The notes under the pieces are model-generated. The model saw only the letters and a list, made by a program, of their open reading frames with translations. It did no database searches and was not told the DNA's origin. This document shows positions 53,503 through 63,300 of a stretch of DNA of 64,000 nt, piece after piece; within the stretch, counting starts at the first letter, position 1, and every line of letters begins with the position of its first letter. This DNA comes from Pseudomonadales bacterium (GTDB lineage Bacteria > Pseudomonadota > Gammaproteobacteria > Pseudomonadales > Azotimanducaceae): positions 9,980-73,979 of the forward strand of contig JBGSQB010000090.1 in the NCBI GenBank assembly GCA_041738285.1, given 5' to 3'. The translations under genes were made by a program, and so were the position numbers.

Positions 53503-55248
53503 TCAGGCGCCTTCGACGGCGTCAGTCTTGAACACATTGATCGTACTCGTGCGCTGCGCTTCGACGAGTTGGCGCACCGCCTCCGGTGGCAGTCCGACCT
53601 TCTCGAGCAGCGCCTGACCCAGTTGCAGCGCTGCTTCCAGCACTTCGGGAATGACGACGCTCGCGCCGGCAGCGACGAGGTCGGCGGCATGATCGCTGTC
53701 ATGGGCGCGCACCATGATCGGCAACTGTGGCGCAAGCGCCCGCGCAGTCTCCAGCACGTGATGCGCCGCGACTGGATCATCCATGGTTACGACCAGGGCG
53801 ATGGCTCTGTCGAGTCGCAGTCGCTCCAGCACGCCGGCGCGCGTTGCATCACCCAGATACACCGGTGCGCCTTGTGCACGCAGTTTGGCCACGTTGGTCG
53901 CGTCGAGATCGAGTGCAACGTGGGCGATGAGCTGTCGGTCGAGGAGTTCGGCGACGAGTCGGCCGGTGCGCCCGTATCCGATGATCACGGCATGACCATC
54001 GAAGTCGCCGGTGATCTCGAGGGCGGGGTCTTCTGCGCGTGGCTGCTGACGACGCTCGACCGCGTTGCCGAGGCTACGTGCGGCGCGCGCTGCCAGTGGT
54101 GTCAGGAACAACGTGGCGCTGACCACGATCAGCATGAACTGCGCTGTAGCGGCCGGCACCAGTTCGAAGCCGAGCGCAATGCCGATGGCGACAAACGCAA
54201 ACTCCCCGCCCTGTCCGAGGAGCAAACCGATCTCGGTGGCTGCGCCCCAGGCAAAGCCAAAGCCACGCGCAATGAGCGCAGTCAGGGTCGCCTTGAGGGC
54301 GAACAGTCCGGCCACTGATATCGCAATGTAGTACGGGTCTGCCAGCACTTCGGCCAGATCGATGCCCATGCCGACGGTGATGAAGAAGAGTCCAAGCAGC
54401 AGACCCTTGAACGGCTCGATGTTCACTTCGATCTCGTGTCGAAACTCCGTTTCTGCGAGCAGAAGTCCGGCGAGAAAGGCACCCAGTGCGGCCGACAGTC
54501 CCGCGGCGTGGGTCAGGGCCGCGGTGGTGATGATCACAAGCAGCGTCAAAGCCATGAACGGCTCCGGGCTGCGCGCTTCGGCGACGAACCGGAACAGGGG
54601 GCGCACGATCACGCGGCCGACACCGAGAATGACCACGACCGCGAGCACAGCCTTGCCCAGTGCGATACTGATCGATACAGCGAGGGAGCCGCTGCTGCCC
54701 GCGGCCAGTGCGCCGACAAGAAAAAGTATGGGCACGACCCAAATGTCCTGGGCCAGGAGTACGGCGAAACTCCCGCGTCCAACCGGCGTGCCGAATCGAC
54801 CCTGCTCGGCGAGCAACTGCATGACGACCGCGGTCGACGAAAGCGCCAAGCACGCGCCGAGAATGATCGAAACGTCGAGCGAATTGCCGAACCGATGTGC
54901 GATGACGCCGATCACGACTGCGGTTGCGAGCACTTGCATCGAACCCATGCCGAACACGAGCCGGCGTAATGCCCACAGCCGCTCGAGGGACAGCTCGAGA
55001 CCGATCATGAACAACAGGAAGATGACGCCGAGTTCGGCCAGTGCCTGCACGCCGCTGACGTCGGTGATGAGGATGATCGACAGCCACGGCGCTTCTTCGG
55101 CGAAGCGGCCGACGCCGAATGGGCCGACCGCGAGCCCGACCAGCAGAAAACTGAGTACGCTGCTGATGCGAAATCGCTTGGCCAGCGGAATGACGATGCC
55201 CGCGGCAACGAGGAACACGACCGCGTCGTGCAGTTTGAGTTCTTCCAT
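53503..55248 (-). CDS. CPA2-family K+/H+ antiporter with TrkA-N domain (KefB/KefC-like)
   Basis: Polytopic Na_H exchanger region followed by the VIIGYGRTGRLVAELL Rossmann (RCK) domain. Confidence 0.88.
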   Translation of the reverse strand: MEELKLHDAVVFLVAAGIVIPLAKRFRISSVLSFLLVGLAVGPFGVGRFAEEAPWLSIILITDVSGVQALAELGVIFLLFMIGLELSLERLWALRRLVFGMGSMQVLATAVVIGVIAHRFGNSLDVSIILGACLALSSTAVVMQLLAEQGRFGTPVGRGSFAVLLAQDIWVVPILFLVGALAAGSSGSLAVSISIALGKAVLAVVVILGVGRVIVRPLFRFVAEARSPEPFMALTLLVIITTAALTHAAGLSAALGAFLAGLLLAETEFRHEIEVNIEPFKGLLLGLFFITVGMGIDLAEVLADPYYIAISVAGLFALKATLTALIARGFGFAWGAATEIGLLLGQGGEFAFVAIGIALGFELVPAATAQFMLIVVSATLFLTPLAARAARSLGNAVERRQQPRAEDPALEITGDFDGHAVIIGYGRTGRLVAELLDRQLIAHVALDLDATNVAKLRAQGAPVYLGDATRAGVLERLRLDRAIALVVTMDDPVAAHHVLETARALAPQLPIMVRAHDSDHAADLVAAGASVVIPEVLEAALQLGQALLEKVGLPPEAVRQLVEAQRTSTINVFKTDAVEGA

Positions 55249-55345
55249 ACCTTTACTGTACGACAGTGGAAACCGTCTTGACTGACTGTTTTTCGTTTCC
55301 TATCCTCGACCGCCCTTCACGAAGCCGTTGAACAAGGAGTAGCAC

Positions 55346-56551
55346 GTGAATCTCGAGTTCAGCGCGGAAGACCAGGCATTTCGAGACGAAGTGCGAGAGT
55401 TCCTCGAGCACAACCTGCCGGCCGATCTTCGAAGGGCCGCGCGTCGCACCACGACGGTGTTCGCCGACAAAGACGTGGCCATGCGCTGGCAGCAGATCCT
55501 CCTCGAGAAGGGCTGGGCAGTACCGCAATGGCCGGTGGAGCACGGCGGCACCGGATGGACGCCGACTCAGAAGTACATCTTCGGCCAGGAGTGCGCCAAG
55601 GCGGGGACGCCGGGGCTCATTCCGCTCGGGCTTCGCATGCTTGCACCGGTGATTTTCAGATATGGGACCGATGCACAGAAGCGCGAGTATCTGCCCAAGA
55701 TGCTCACGGGCGAACACTACTGGTGCCAGGGTTATTCCGAGCCAGGTTCGGGTTCGGACCTGTCGAGCCTGCGCACCAAGGCGGTGAAGGATGGCGATGA
55801 CTACATCGTCAACGGCACCAAGATCTGGACCACGCACGCGCAGTTCGCCGACCACATCTTCTGTCTGGTCCGCACCAACGATTCCGGCAAGCCGCAGGCG
55901 GGTATCACGTTCCTGCTGATCGACATGGCATCACCCGGCATCAAAATCGAACCCATCTATACGATTGCAGGGGATCATGAGGTCAATCAGGTCTTCTTCG
56001 ACAACGTGCGTGTGCCGCAATCCAACCGCGTTGGTCCTGAGAACGAAGGCTGGACGGTGGCCAAGTACCTGCTCGAGTTCGAACGTGGCGGCGGCGGGGC
56101 TGCGACCCGGTTGCAGGAAGGTCTCAAGGAACTGCGCGCGATCTGCGCCCGTCAGCAGACGGGCGATGGCGCCGCGCTTGTCGATCAGCGCCGCTTTGCC
56201 GCGCGCATCGACACGCTGGAGATTCAGATTCGCAGTCTGGAATTCATGGAATTGACGACGCTTGCGCGCGTGTCCAAGGGCGGCTCGCCAGGTGCTGAGT
56301 CATCGCTCCTGAAGAACATCGGCGTCGAGATCGGTCAGGCAATGGAGACGATCCTGCTGGAGGCGATCGACTATTACGGTCTGCCGCATGCCAATTTCAT
56401 TTCGCTCAACGGGCACGATGAGCCGTGGGTCGGCCCGGATCATGCGGAAACGGTGACTGCGCGCTATCTCAACGGCCGCGCGGCATCGATCTTCGGCGGA
56501 TCAAAGGAAGTGCAGAAGAACATTGTCGCCAAGGTGGTGCTCGGGCTGTGA
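55346..56551 (+). CDS. Acyl-CoA dehydrogenase (paralog of 11552..12736)
   Basis: YWCQGYSEPGSGSDLS, KIWTTHA, EFERGGGG. AAGGAG lies before GTG 55346. Confidence 0.9.
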   Translation: MNLEFSAEDQAFRDEVREFLEHNLPADLRRAARRTTTVFADKDVAMRWQQILLEKGWAVPQWPVEHGGTGWTPTQKYIFGQECAKAGTPGLIPLGLRMLAPVIFRYGTDAQKREYLPKMLTGEHYWCQGYSEPGSGSDLSSLRTKAVKDGDDYIVNGTKIWTTHAQFADHIFCLVRTNDSGKPQAGITFLLIDMASPGIKIEPIYTIAGDHEVNQVFFDNVRVPQSNRVGPENEGWTVAKYLLEFERGGGGAATRLQEGLKELRAICARQQTGDGAALVDQRRFAARIDTLEIQIRSLEFMELTTLARVSKGGSPGAESSLLKNIGVEIGQAMETILLEAIDYYGLPHANFISLNGHDEPWVGPDHAETVTARYLNGRAASIFGGSKEVQKNIVAKVVLGL

Positions 56552-57285
56552 GCCGGTTCGATTCCGTCAAGGTCGTCGTCACCGGTGCGGCCGATGGCAT
56601 CGGTCGGGCAACGGCCCGTCTGTTCGAGAGTGAAGGCGCGTCCGTACTTGCATTCGACGTCAATGGCGACGCCCTCGGGCAGCTGGGCGGCCGCATCGCG
56701 ACCCAGGTGCTCGACGTCACCCGCGAAGATGCCGCCGACACGATTGCAGATGCCGCGGCGTCACAGCTCGGCGGCCTCGATGTGCTGGTGAACAATGCGG
56801 GTATCTCTCTGCTTGCGCCCATCGAAGGCCACAGCGACGCCGACTGGCATCGCGTGCTCGGCGTCAATCTGCATGCGGTGTTCAAGATTTCCCGTCGGGC
56901 AATTCCGCTGCTCAAGGCGAGCGGTCGCGGTCGCATTCTCAACATCGGCTCGGTGATGTCCGAGCGTTCGAGCGCCGGCATGGCGGCCTACACGGTCTCT
57001 AAACACGGTATCGCCGGCCTGACCAAGACACTGGCGCTGGAACTGGGTGCATTCGGAATCACCGCCAACTATGTGCAACCGGGCGCGATCGTTACCGGTA
57101 TCACCCGCGACATCTTCGCGGCAGATGCCACCTTCAGGAATTTCTGGATCGAAAAGTCGGCCGTCAAGCGCCTGGGCCAGCCGGAGGACATCGCCAATGC
57201 ACTTGCCTTTCTCGCATCCGACGCCGCAGCGTTCATCACGGGCCACGGGCTGCTCGTCGATGGCGGTGCGCTACAAAGTCCGTGA
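56548..57285 (+). CDS. SDR-family oxidoreductase
   Basis: VTGAADGIGRA, NNAG, YTVSKHG. GTG 56548 forms a GTGA overlap with the ACAD stop. Confidence 0.88.
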   Translation: MSRFDSVKVVVTGAADGIGRATARLFESEGASVLAFDVNGDALGQLGGRIATQVLDVTREDAADTIADAAASQLGGLDVLVNNAGISLLAPIEGHSDADWHRVLGVNLHAVFKISRRAIPLLKASGRGRILNIGSVMSERSSAGMAAYTVSKHGIAGLTKTLALELGAFGITANYVQPGAIVTGITRDIFAADATFRNFWIEKSAVKRLGQPEDIANALAFLASDAAAFITGHGLLVDGGALQSP

Positions 57286-57362
57286 CGGTTTGGAAGCGCC
57301 GGGGTAAGGTAGAAAAAAGCAGGATTGACGGTTTTGGGGAGGGATGACTGAACGCACCGGGC

Positions 57363-57668
57363 GTGATCGCGCTGATGCCAATTGGCGCCGTCGCCGAGGG
57401 CGCGACAAGGGCGTGTTCCGTCGATGGCATCGATGTGCTCGTCTGCAATGTGGACGGGCGCTTTTATGCGGTCGAGAACCGGTGCAGCCATGCGGCGACG
57501 AAGCTTGCCGGAGGCCGCCTGAAGGGGCACAGCATTTCGTGTCCGCTGCATGGCGCGAAGTTCGATGTGCGCAGCGGCGCGCCACTTGCGGCGCCCGCAC
57601 GAGCGCCGATCAGGACTTTCGATCTGGTGTTGGAAGGCGGCAAGATCAACTTAATCAAATCAACTTAA
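57363..57668 (+). CDS. Rieske [2Fe-2S] ferredoxin-type protein
   Basis: CSH (CSHAATKL) and CPLH (CPLHGAKF) cluster ligands. Start is GTG 57363 or ATG 57375. Confidence 0.85.
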   Translation: MIALMPIGAVAEGATRACSVDGIDVLVCNVDGRFYAVENRCSHAATKLAGGRLKGHSISCPLHGAKFDVRSGAPLAAPARAPIRTFDLVLEGGKINLIKST

Positions 57669-57678
57669 GGGGAAGTAC

Positions 57679-58437
57679 ATGGACCTGAAACTGAAAGGCA
57701 ACAAGGCACTCGTCACCGGCGGCACCAAGGGTATTGGCCGGGCGATCGCCGATACCCTGGCGGAAGAAGGCTGCGATGTCGCAATCTGTGCGCGCAACGA
57801 AGCCGAGGTCAAGGAAGCCGTAGCGGCGCTGCAGAAGAAGGGCGTCAAGGCCTTCGGCAAGAGCGTTGACATCGGCAAGGGCGATGCACTCAAAGCGTTC
57901 GTCGCCGAGGCGGCGAGCGCGCTCGGTGGTCTCGACATCCTGGTGTCGAACGTATCCGGCGGCAACGCCCCCGGTGAACAGGGCTGGCGCAACAACTTCG
58001 AATTCGACTTGCTCGGCACGGTGCGTGCGGTAGAAGCTGCGCTGCCGTCGCTCGAGAAGTCCAAGAACGGCAACATCATCATGATCTCCACCACCGCGGC
58101 GCTGGAGAAATTCATCTCTGCCGGCCCGTACAACGCCTTGAAGGCGGCGCTGCTCAACTATTCAGGTGCGCTGTCGCAGGATCTGGCGCCGAAGGGCATC
58201 CGCGTCAACGCGGTGAGCCCGGGCCCGATCTACGTGGAAGGTGGCGCGTGGGGATTCATCAAGGAAAAGATGACGCCGTTCTATGAGCAGACGCTGGCTC
58301 AGATTCCGCTCGGTCGCATGGGCACGGCAGCAGAAGTTGCAGCAACGGTTGCCATGCTGGTGAGCCCGCGCTGCGGCTTCACCACCGGCACCAACGTGGT
58401 GGTCGACGGCGGCATCACCAAGCGGATTCAGTACTAG
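57679..58437 (+). CDS. SDR-family oxidoreductase
   Basis: VTGGTKGIGRAI, YNALKAAL, SPGPI. Confidence 0.9.
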   Translation: MDLKLKGNKALVTGGTKGIGRAIADTLAEEGCDVAICARNEAEVKEAVAALQKKGVKAFGKSVDIGKGDALKAFVAEAASALGGLDILVSNVSGGNAPGEQGWRNNFEFDLLGTVRAVEAALPSLEKSKNGNIIMISTTAALEKFISAGPYNALKAALLNYSGALSQDLAPKGIRVNAVSPGPIYVEGGAWGFIKEKMTPFYEQTLAQIPLGRMGTAAEVAATVAMLVSPRCGFTTGTNVVVDGGITKRIQY

Positions 58438-58455
58438 CTCAGCGACCTATGGCCG

Positions 58456-58547
58456 CGAACCTGAACAAAGGGACAGTTTACTTGTTCAGGTTCGAGGGCC
58501 GATCGCTCGACTCGAGTGATTCGACCTGAACAAGTGAAACCGTCCCT
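58456..58547. repeat. Family-B palindromic intergenic element
   Basis: Local 13-bp hairpin CGAACCTGAACAA / TTGTTCAGGTTCG around the loop AGGGACAGTTTAC. The arm 58469-58495 is inverted at 58521-58547 (about 25/27 matches). Confidence 0.85.
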
Positions 58548-58556
58548 GGAGACATC

Positions 58557-59315
58557 ATGAGCGAACATCCTGTCACCAACGTGTACCTGGTCGCCGCCGG
58601 GGACTACCACGACATCGACTTTGCGCGGCTGGAACTGCTCAAGCTCCTCGCGGAAGATCCGAGCATTCGCGTGCAGGTGGCCGCCAACTACCACGATCTG
58701 GAAGCGATCGGTGACAGCGACGTACTCATCACGTACACCTGCAATCTGGTGCCGAGCGATTCCGAGCAGCGGGCGCTGCGCGACTTCGTCGCCGGCGGCA
58801 AGCGCTGGTTCGCGCTACACGGCACCAACTCGATCTTGAAGTTCCTGGCCGATGGCCGGGTCGATGCGCCGGAAACTGCGCCGATTCTGATGGAAACCCT
58901 CGGCACCCAGTTCATCGCCCACCCACCGATTGCGCCCTTCAAGGTGCGGGTTGCGGACCCGAACCACGAACTGGTCAAGGGCATCAGCGCGTTCGAGACT
59001 GACGATGAACTGTACCTGTGCCGCGTGCACGGCAAGCTGCATCTCCTCCTGGATACGCAGTACAGCGGCCCGGCCAAGGGGTTCGTCGAAGAGCAGTGGA
59101 ACGACGATGCGCCGCGGCCGGTGTACTACATCCACAAGGTCGGCAAGGGCGAGGTGCTGTATCTGAACCTCGGCCACTGTCGCGGCCACTACGACATGCG
59201 CTCATTGGGAATGGCGTACTACCCGGTGGAAGAACGCGGCTCCTGGCGCTTGCCGACCTTCTATGAATTGTTGCGCCGCGGCATTCGCTATTGCGCCGCA
59301 TCCGCGCGCGGCTGA
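58557..59315 (+). CDS. ThuA-domain protein (second)
   Basis: VYLVAAGDYHD...VLITYTC...WFALHGTNS. ThuA-like pattern. Confidence 0.7.
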   Translation: MSEHPVTNVYLVAAGDYHDIDFARLELLKLLAEDPSIRVQVAANYHDLEAIGDSDVLITYTCNLVPSDSEQRALRDFVAGGKRWFALHGTNSILKFLADGRVDAPETAPILMETLGTQFIAHPPIAPFKVRVADPNHELVKGISAFETDDELYLCRVHGKLHLLLDTQYSGPAKGFVEEQWNDDAPRPVYYIHKVGKGEVLYLNLGHCRGHYDMRSLGMAYYPVEERGSWRLPTFYELLRRGIRYCAASARG

Positions 59316-59419
59316 ATCGCCATTTTTCGGCGAATGCCGCCGCGCCCGACCGCTCGCCTTCGCTAACTCGTTGATGTAGTTATTCGTTCGCCGATGGCGC
59401 GATCATTGCTTGGTACGCG

Positions 59420-60343
59420 ATGACGTTTGCCGAATCAACCAGCGAGGCCGCCATCATGCTCACGCTCACGCACGTGTCCAAGACCTATGCCAACGGCGTG
59501 CAGGCGCTGTGCGACGTGTCATTGAACATTCCCAAGGGGATGTTCGGGCTACTCGGCCCGAACGGCGCGGGCAAGTCGACGCTGATGCGCACGATTGCAA
59601 CGCTGCAGGATCCGAGCAGCGGTGAAATTTACCTCGACGGTCTCGATGTGCTCGCGAACAAGAATGCGCTGCGCCAGCGGCTCGGTTACCTGCCCCAGGA
59701 GTTCGGGGTCTATCCGCGCACCTCTCCGCTCGTGATGCTCGATCACCTGGCCGTGCTCAAGGGAATTGCCAATGCGAAGGAGCGGTCTGCGCTCGTAGAA
59801 CGGTTGCTGATGCAGACCAATCTGTGGGACGTGCGCAAGAAGAACATCGATACCTTCTCGGGTGGTATGCGGCAGCGATTCGGAATCGCTCAGGCGTTGA
59901 TCGGTGACCCTGCCCTCATCATCGTGGATGAACCGACTGCGGGGCTCGATCCCGCTGAGCGTCGCCGTTTCCACAACTTGCTCACGCGAATTGGCGAAGA
60001 CGTGGTGGTCATCCTCTCGACCCACATCGTCGAAGACGTGAGTGATCTATGCACGCGTATGGCGATCATGGGTCAGGGTCGAATTCTGGTCGAAGGTGAA
60101 CCCGCGCCGCTGGTGGCGCAACTGCGTGGCCGCCTGTGGAAGCAAGTCGTGCCACCCGCGCTCGTGGCGGGGCTTCGCGCCCATGTGCCGGTGGTGTCGA
60201 CCCGCATGATCGCCGGGCAGACCGAAATCAGGGTCGTCGCGGACGACCGACCGGAGGCAATGGAGCCCGCCGAGCCGACGCTCGAAGACGTCTATTTCGC
60301 AACGCTCCGGTCGAACGGCATCGACGCCCTGCTCGAATCCTGA
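59420..60343 (+). CDS. ABC transporter ATP-binding protein (ABC-2 type partner)
   Basis: Walker A GPNGAGKST, signature FSGGMRQR, Walker B IIVDEPTAGLD. ATG 59456 (MLTLTHVSKTY) is an equally plausible start. Confidence 0.9.
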   Translation: MTFAESTSEAAIMLTLTHVSKTYANGVQALCDVSLNIPKGMFGLLGPNGAGKSTLMRTIATLQDPSSGEIYLDGLDVLANKNALRQRLGYLPQEFGVYPRTSPLVMLDHLAVLKGIANAKERSALVERLLMQTNLWDVRKKNIDTFSGGMRQRFGIAQALIGDPALIIVDEPTAGLDPAERRRFHNLLTRIGEDVVVILSTHIVEDVSDLCTRMAIMGQGRILVEGEPAPLVAQLRGRLWKQVVPPALVAGLRAHVPVVSTRMIAGQTEIRVVADDRPEAMEPAEPTLEDVYFATLRSNGIDALLES

Positions 60344-60358
60344 GGTCGAGCGGCGAAT

Positions 60359-63300
60359 ATGTTCTACGAAGTATTCAAGTTCGAGTGTCGCTATCAGCTG
60401 CGCAGTCCGCTGTTTGGCATCGTCTCGCTCGTATTCGCGCTGCTCGCGTTCCTAGCCATGGCCAGCGAGAACGTCACGGTTGGCGGTGGCACCGACAACC
60501 TCAACCTGAATGCGAGCTTTACGATCGTGCAGACCCATTTCGTCTTCAGCATCATCGCGATGTTCGCGGCCGTTGCTTTCGTCGCCACACCGTTCACGCG
60601 CGACCATGAACTCAAGTCCTTCGAGATGATCGTTGCGAGCGGGGTATCGCCACGTAGTTTCCTTGCGGGCCGATTCACCGGAGGATTGCTGTTTGCATTG
60701 CTGGCAGCGTGCGCGCCGATCGTCGGCACACTCATTGCCACCGCGATGCCGTGGCTCGATCCGCAGCGGATCGCGCCGCTCGATCTCGAGCCGTACCTTT
60801 TTTCTGTATGGGGCGTCATGCTGCCGGCGATCTTCATCGTGGGTAGCATCGTGGCGAGCGTCGCCGCGCTGACACGTTCGATGCTCGCGGCGTACACGAC
60901 GCTCGTTGCATTGATCGTCGGCTGGATCGTAGCGAGCGTGAACACCGACGCCGAGACGATTCGGCTGACCGCGTTGTTCGATCCGTTCGGCTCGATCGCC
61001 TTTGGCGAAGTGACGCGATACTGGACCGTGTTCGAAAAGAACACACTGGTGCCGGCGCTGGCCGGTACGCTGCTCACTAATCGAATGATCTGGGTGTCAG
61101 TCGCGCTCGTTGCAATTGCGGTGACCACGACGCGATTCCAGTTCACGGCCGGAGAACGCAGCAAGCACGCGAAGGCAGAGCAGGTGACGCATGCGCGCAC
61201 TGCTCCGGTGTCGAACGTGGTTCTTGCAACGCCCCGCTTCGATCGATGGCTGGCGCTGCGTCAGGTTGCATCTCAGGTCCGCATGGACCTTCTGGGTGTG
61301 TTCAAGAGCTTCCCGTTCTACGTGCTGCTGTTCTTCGCGCTGATGAACGTGATCAACGGCTTCGTTGCGGCCGTATCACAGCTGTTCGGAACGCCGCTCA
61401 TTCCAGTCACGCGCGTCATGCTTTCGTTGATCGAGAGCATGTACACCTTCATGACTGTCCTCATCGTCATCTACTACGCAGGTGAGCTCGTGCATCGCGA
61501 GCGACAGCATGGTGTCAGCAACTACGTCGATGCGATGCCATTTGCAAATGGTGTGATGGTGCTCGGCAAGATCATCGCGCTCTGGCTCATTGTCGCCACC
61601 GTGCTGATCGTGGGCATGTGCGCGGCGATGGTGGCGCAGTTGCTCAGTGGGTACACGAATCTCGAACCGGGACTCTATCTGTTCGGACTGTTCGTCCATC
61701 AGGGTACCTTGCTGTTCCTGTTGGGCGTCGTTGCGGTAGCGGTGCAGGCCGTCGTCGCCAATCGCTTCGTTGGCATGCTCGCCATCGTGGTGCTGTTCTT
61801 CGCGACCGGCGCGCTCGATAGCCTAGGCTATGAGCATCCGCTGTATCAGTTTGGAACGCCGGAGTCGCCACTGTCCGACATGAACGGGTGGGGCCACTTC
61901 CTGGAACCGATGCTCACGATCGCCGCTTACTGGGCGCTCGTCATGGTGTTGGTCGGAGTCGTTGCACACCTCTTCATGCGCCGCGGCGTTGTGGGGGGTT
62001 ACAGCGAGCGCTTCGCGGAAGCTCGGCGGCGATTCACACCTGGGATCGGAACCGCATCGACGGCTGCGCTGCTCGGTGCAATCGGCATCGGTGGTTGGAT
62101 CTTTTACAACACCAACGTGTTGAACCTGTACCGTACTGGCGACGATCTCGAAGCGCTGCAGGCGGCCTACGAGCAGAAATACAAGCAGCACGAATCCATG
62201 GCCAGCCCCGAAGCCGTGGACGTCGAAGCCGAAGTCGATATCTTCCCGGAGGAGCGGCGGATCGAGAGTCGGGGACGCGCGGTGTTCGTGAACGTGCATC
62301 CCGGCGCGATCGATGAGATCAACGTCGGTGTACCTCGACTGCTACGCGTCAATTCGCTCGTCGTGCCCGACGCGACGCTGCTGTCGAACGATGCGGAACT
62401 CGGCTACCGGCGCTATCGGCTCGCGCAACCGCTGTTGCCGGGCGCGCAGATGACTTTGACCTGGGACCTCTCCTGGTTGAATCCCGGTTTCGTGCATGCG
62501 CGCAGCAGCACCCGCGTGGTTGAAAACGGCACGTTCGTGAACAACACGGAGATCATGCCGTACGTGGGCTACAGCTCGAATCTTGAGCTGACCGACAACA
62601 ACACGCGGCGCAAATACGATCTGCCGCCGGTGGAGCGACTGCCGAAGTACGACGCCGCGTCCGAGTTCGCAGCGAGCCAGTTCGGCGTACGCACGCGCAC
62701 GCAGTTCAAGGCCCGCATCAGCACGGCCGCGGATCAAACGGCGATCGCGCCCGGATACCTGACGCGCGAATGGATCGAGGGTGACAGACGGCTGTTCGAC
62801 TACGCGATGGACGACGCCATCTGGCCGTTCTTCTCGTTCATGTCGGCGCGCTACGCCGTGGCCCGGGATCGATGGAACGATGTTGCACTCGAGGTGTTCT
62901 TTCACCCCGGTCACGCCTTCAATGTAGAGCGCATGCTGCAGGCCTCGAAGGAGTCTCTCGACTATTTCACGCGCGAGTTCAGTCCCTATCAGTACAGGCA
63001 GTTCCGGATCATCGAGTTCCCCGCCTATGAACGGTTCGCCCAGGCGTTCCCGAATACGATCCCGTACTCCGAGGCCATCGGGTTCATCGCCGATCTGTCG
63101 AAGGACGAGTACATCGACTACGTGTACTACGTCACCGCGCACGAACTGGCTCACCAGTGGTGGGGCCACCAGGTCGTGGGTCGGTACGCTCAGGGCATGA
63201 CGGTGCTGGTCGAAACACTCGCCCAGTACTCGGCGCTGATGGTGATGGAGCATGCGTACGGGCCGCACAAGATGCGCAGGTTTCTGAAATACGAACTCGA

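Noticed and set aside
55255-55267. ACTGT-ACG-ACAGT dyad in the kef/ACAD divergent region, considered as a LexA SOS box; a looser GACTGT-N15-ACAGTC lies upstream of the P450 at 52383-52409
   Set aside because: Gammaproteobacterial LexA boxes are CTGT-N8-ACAG, whereas the spacing here is 3 nt (or 15). The 5-6 bp arms are too short to call a site without comparative data. It may be a local regulator site, but that is unsupported.
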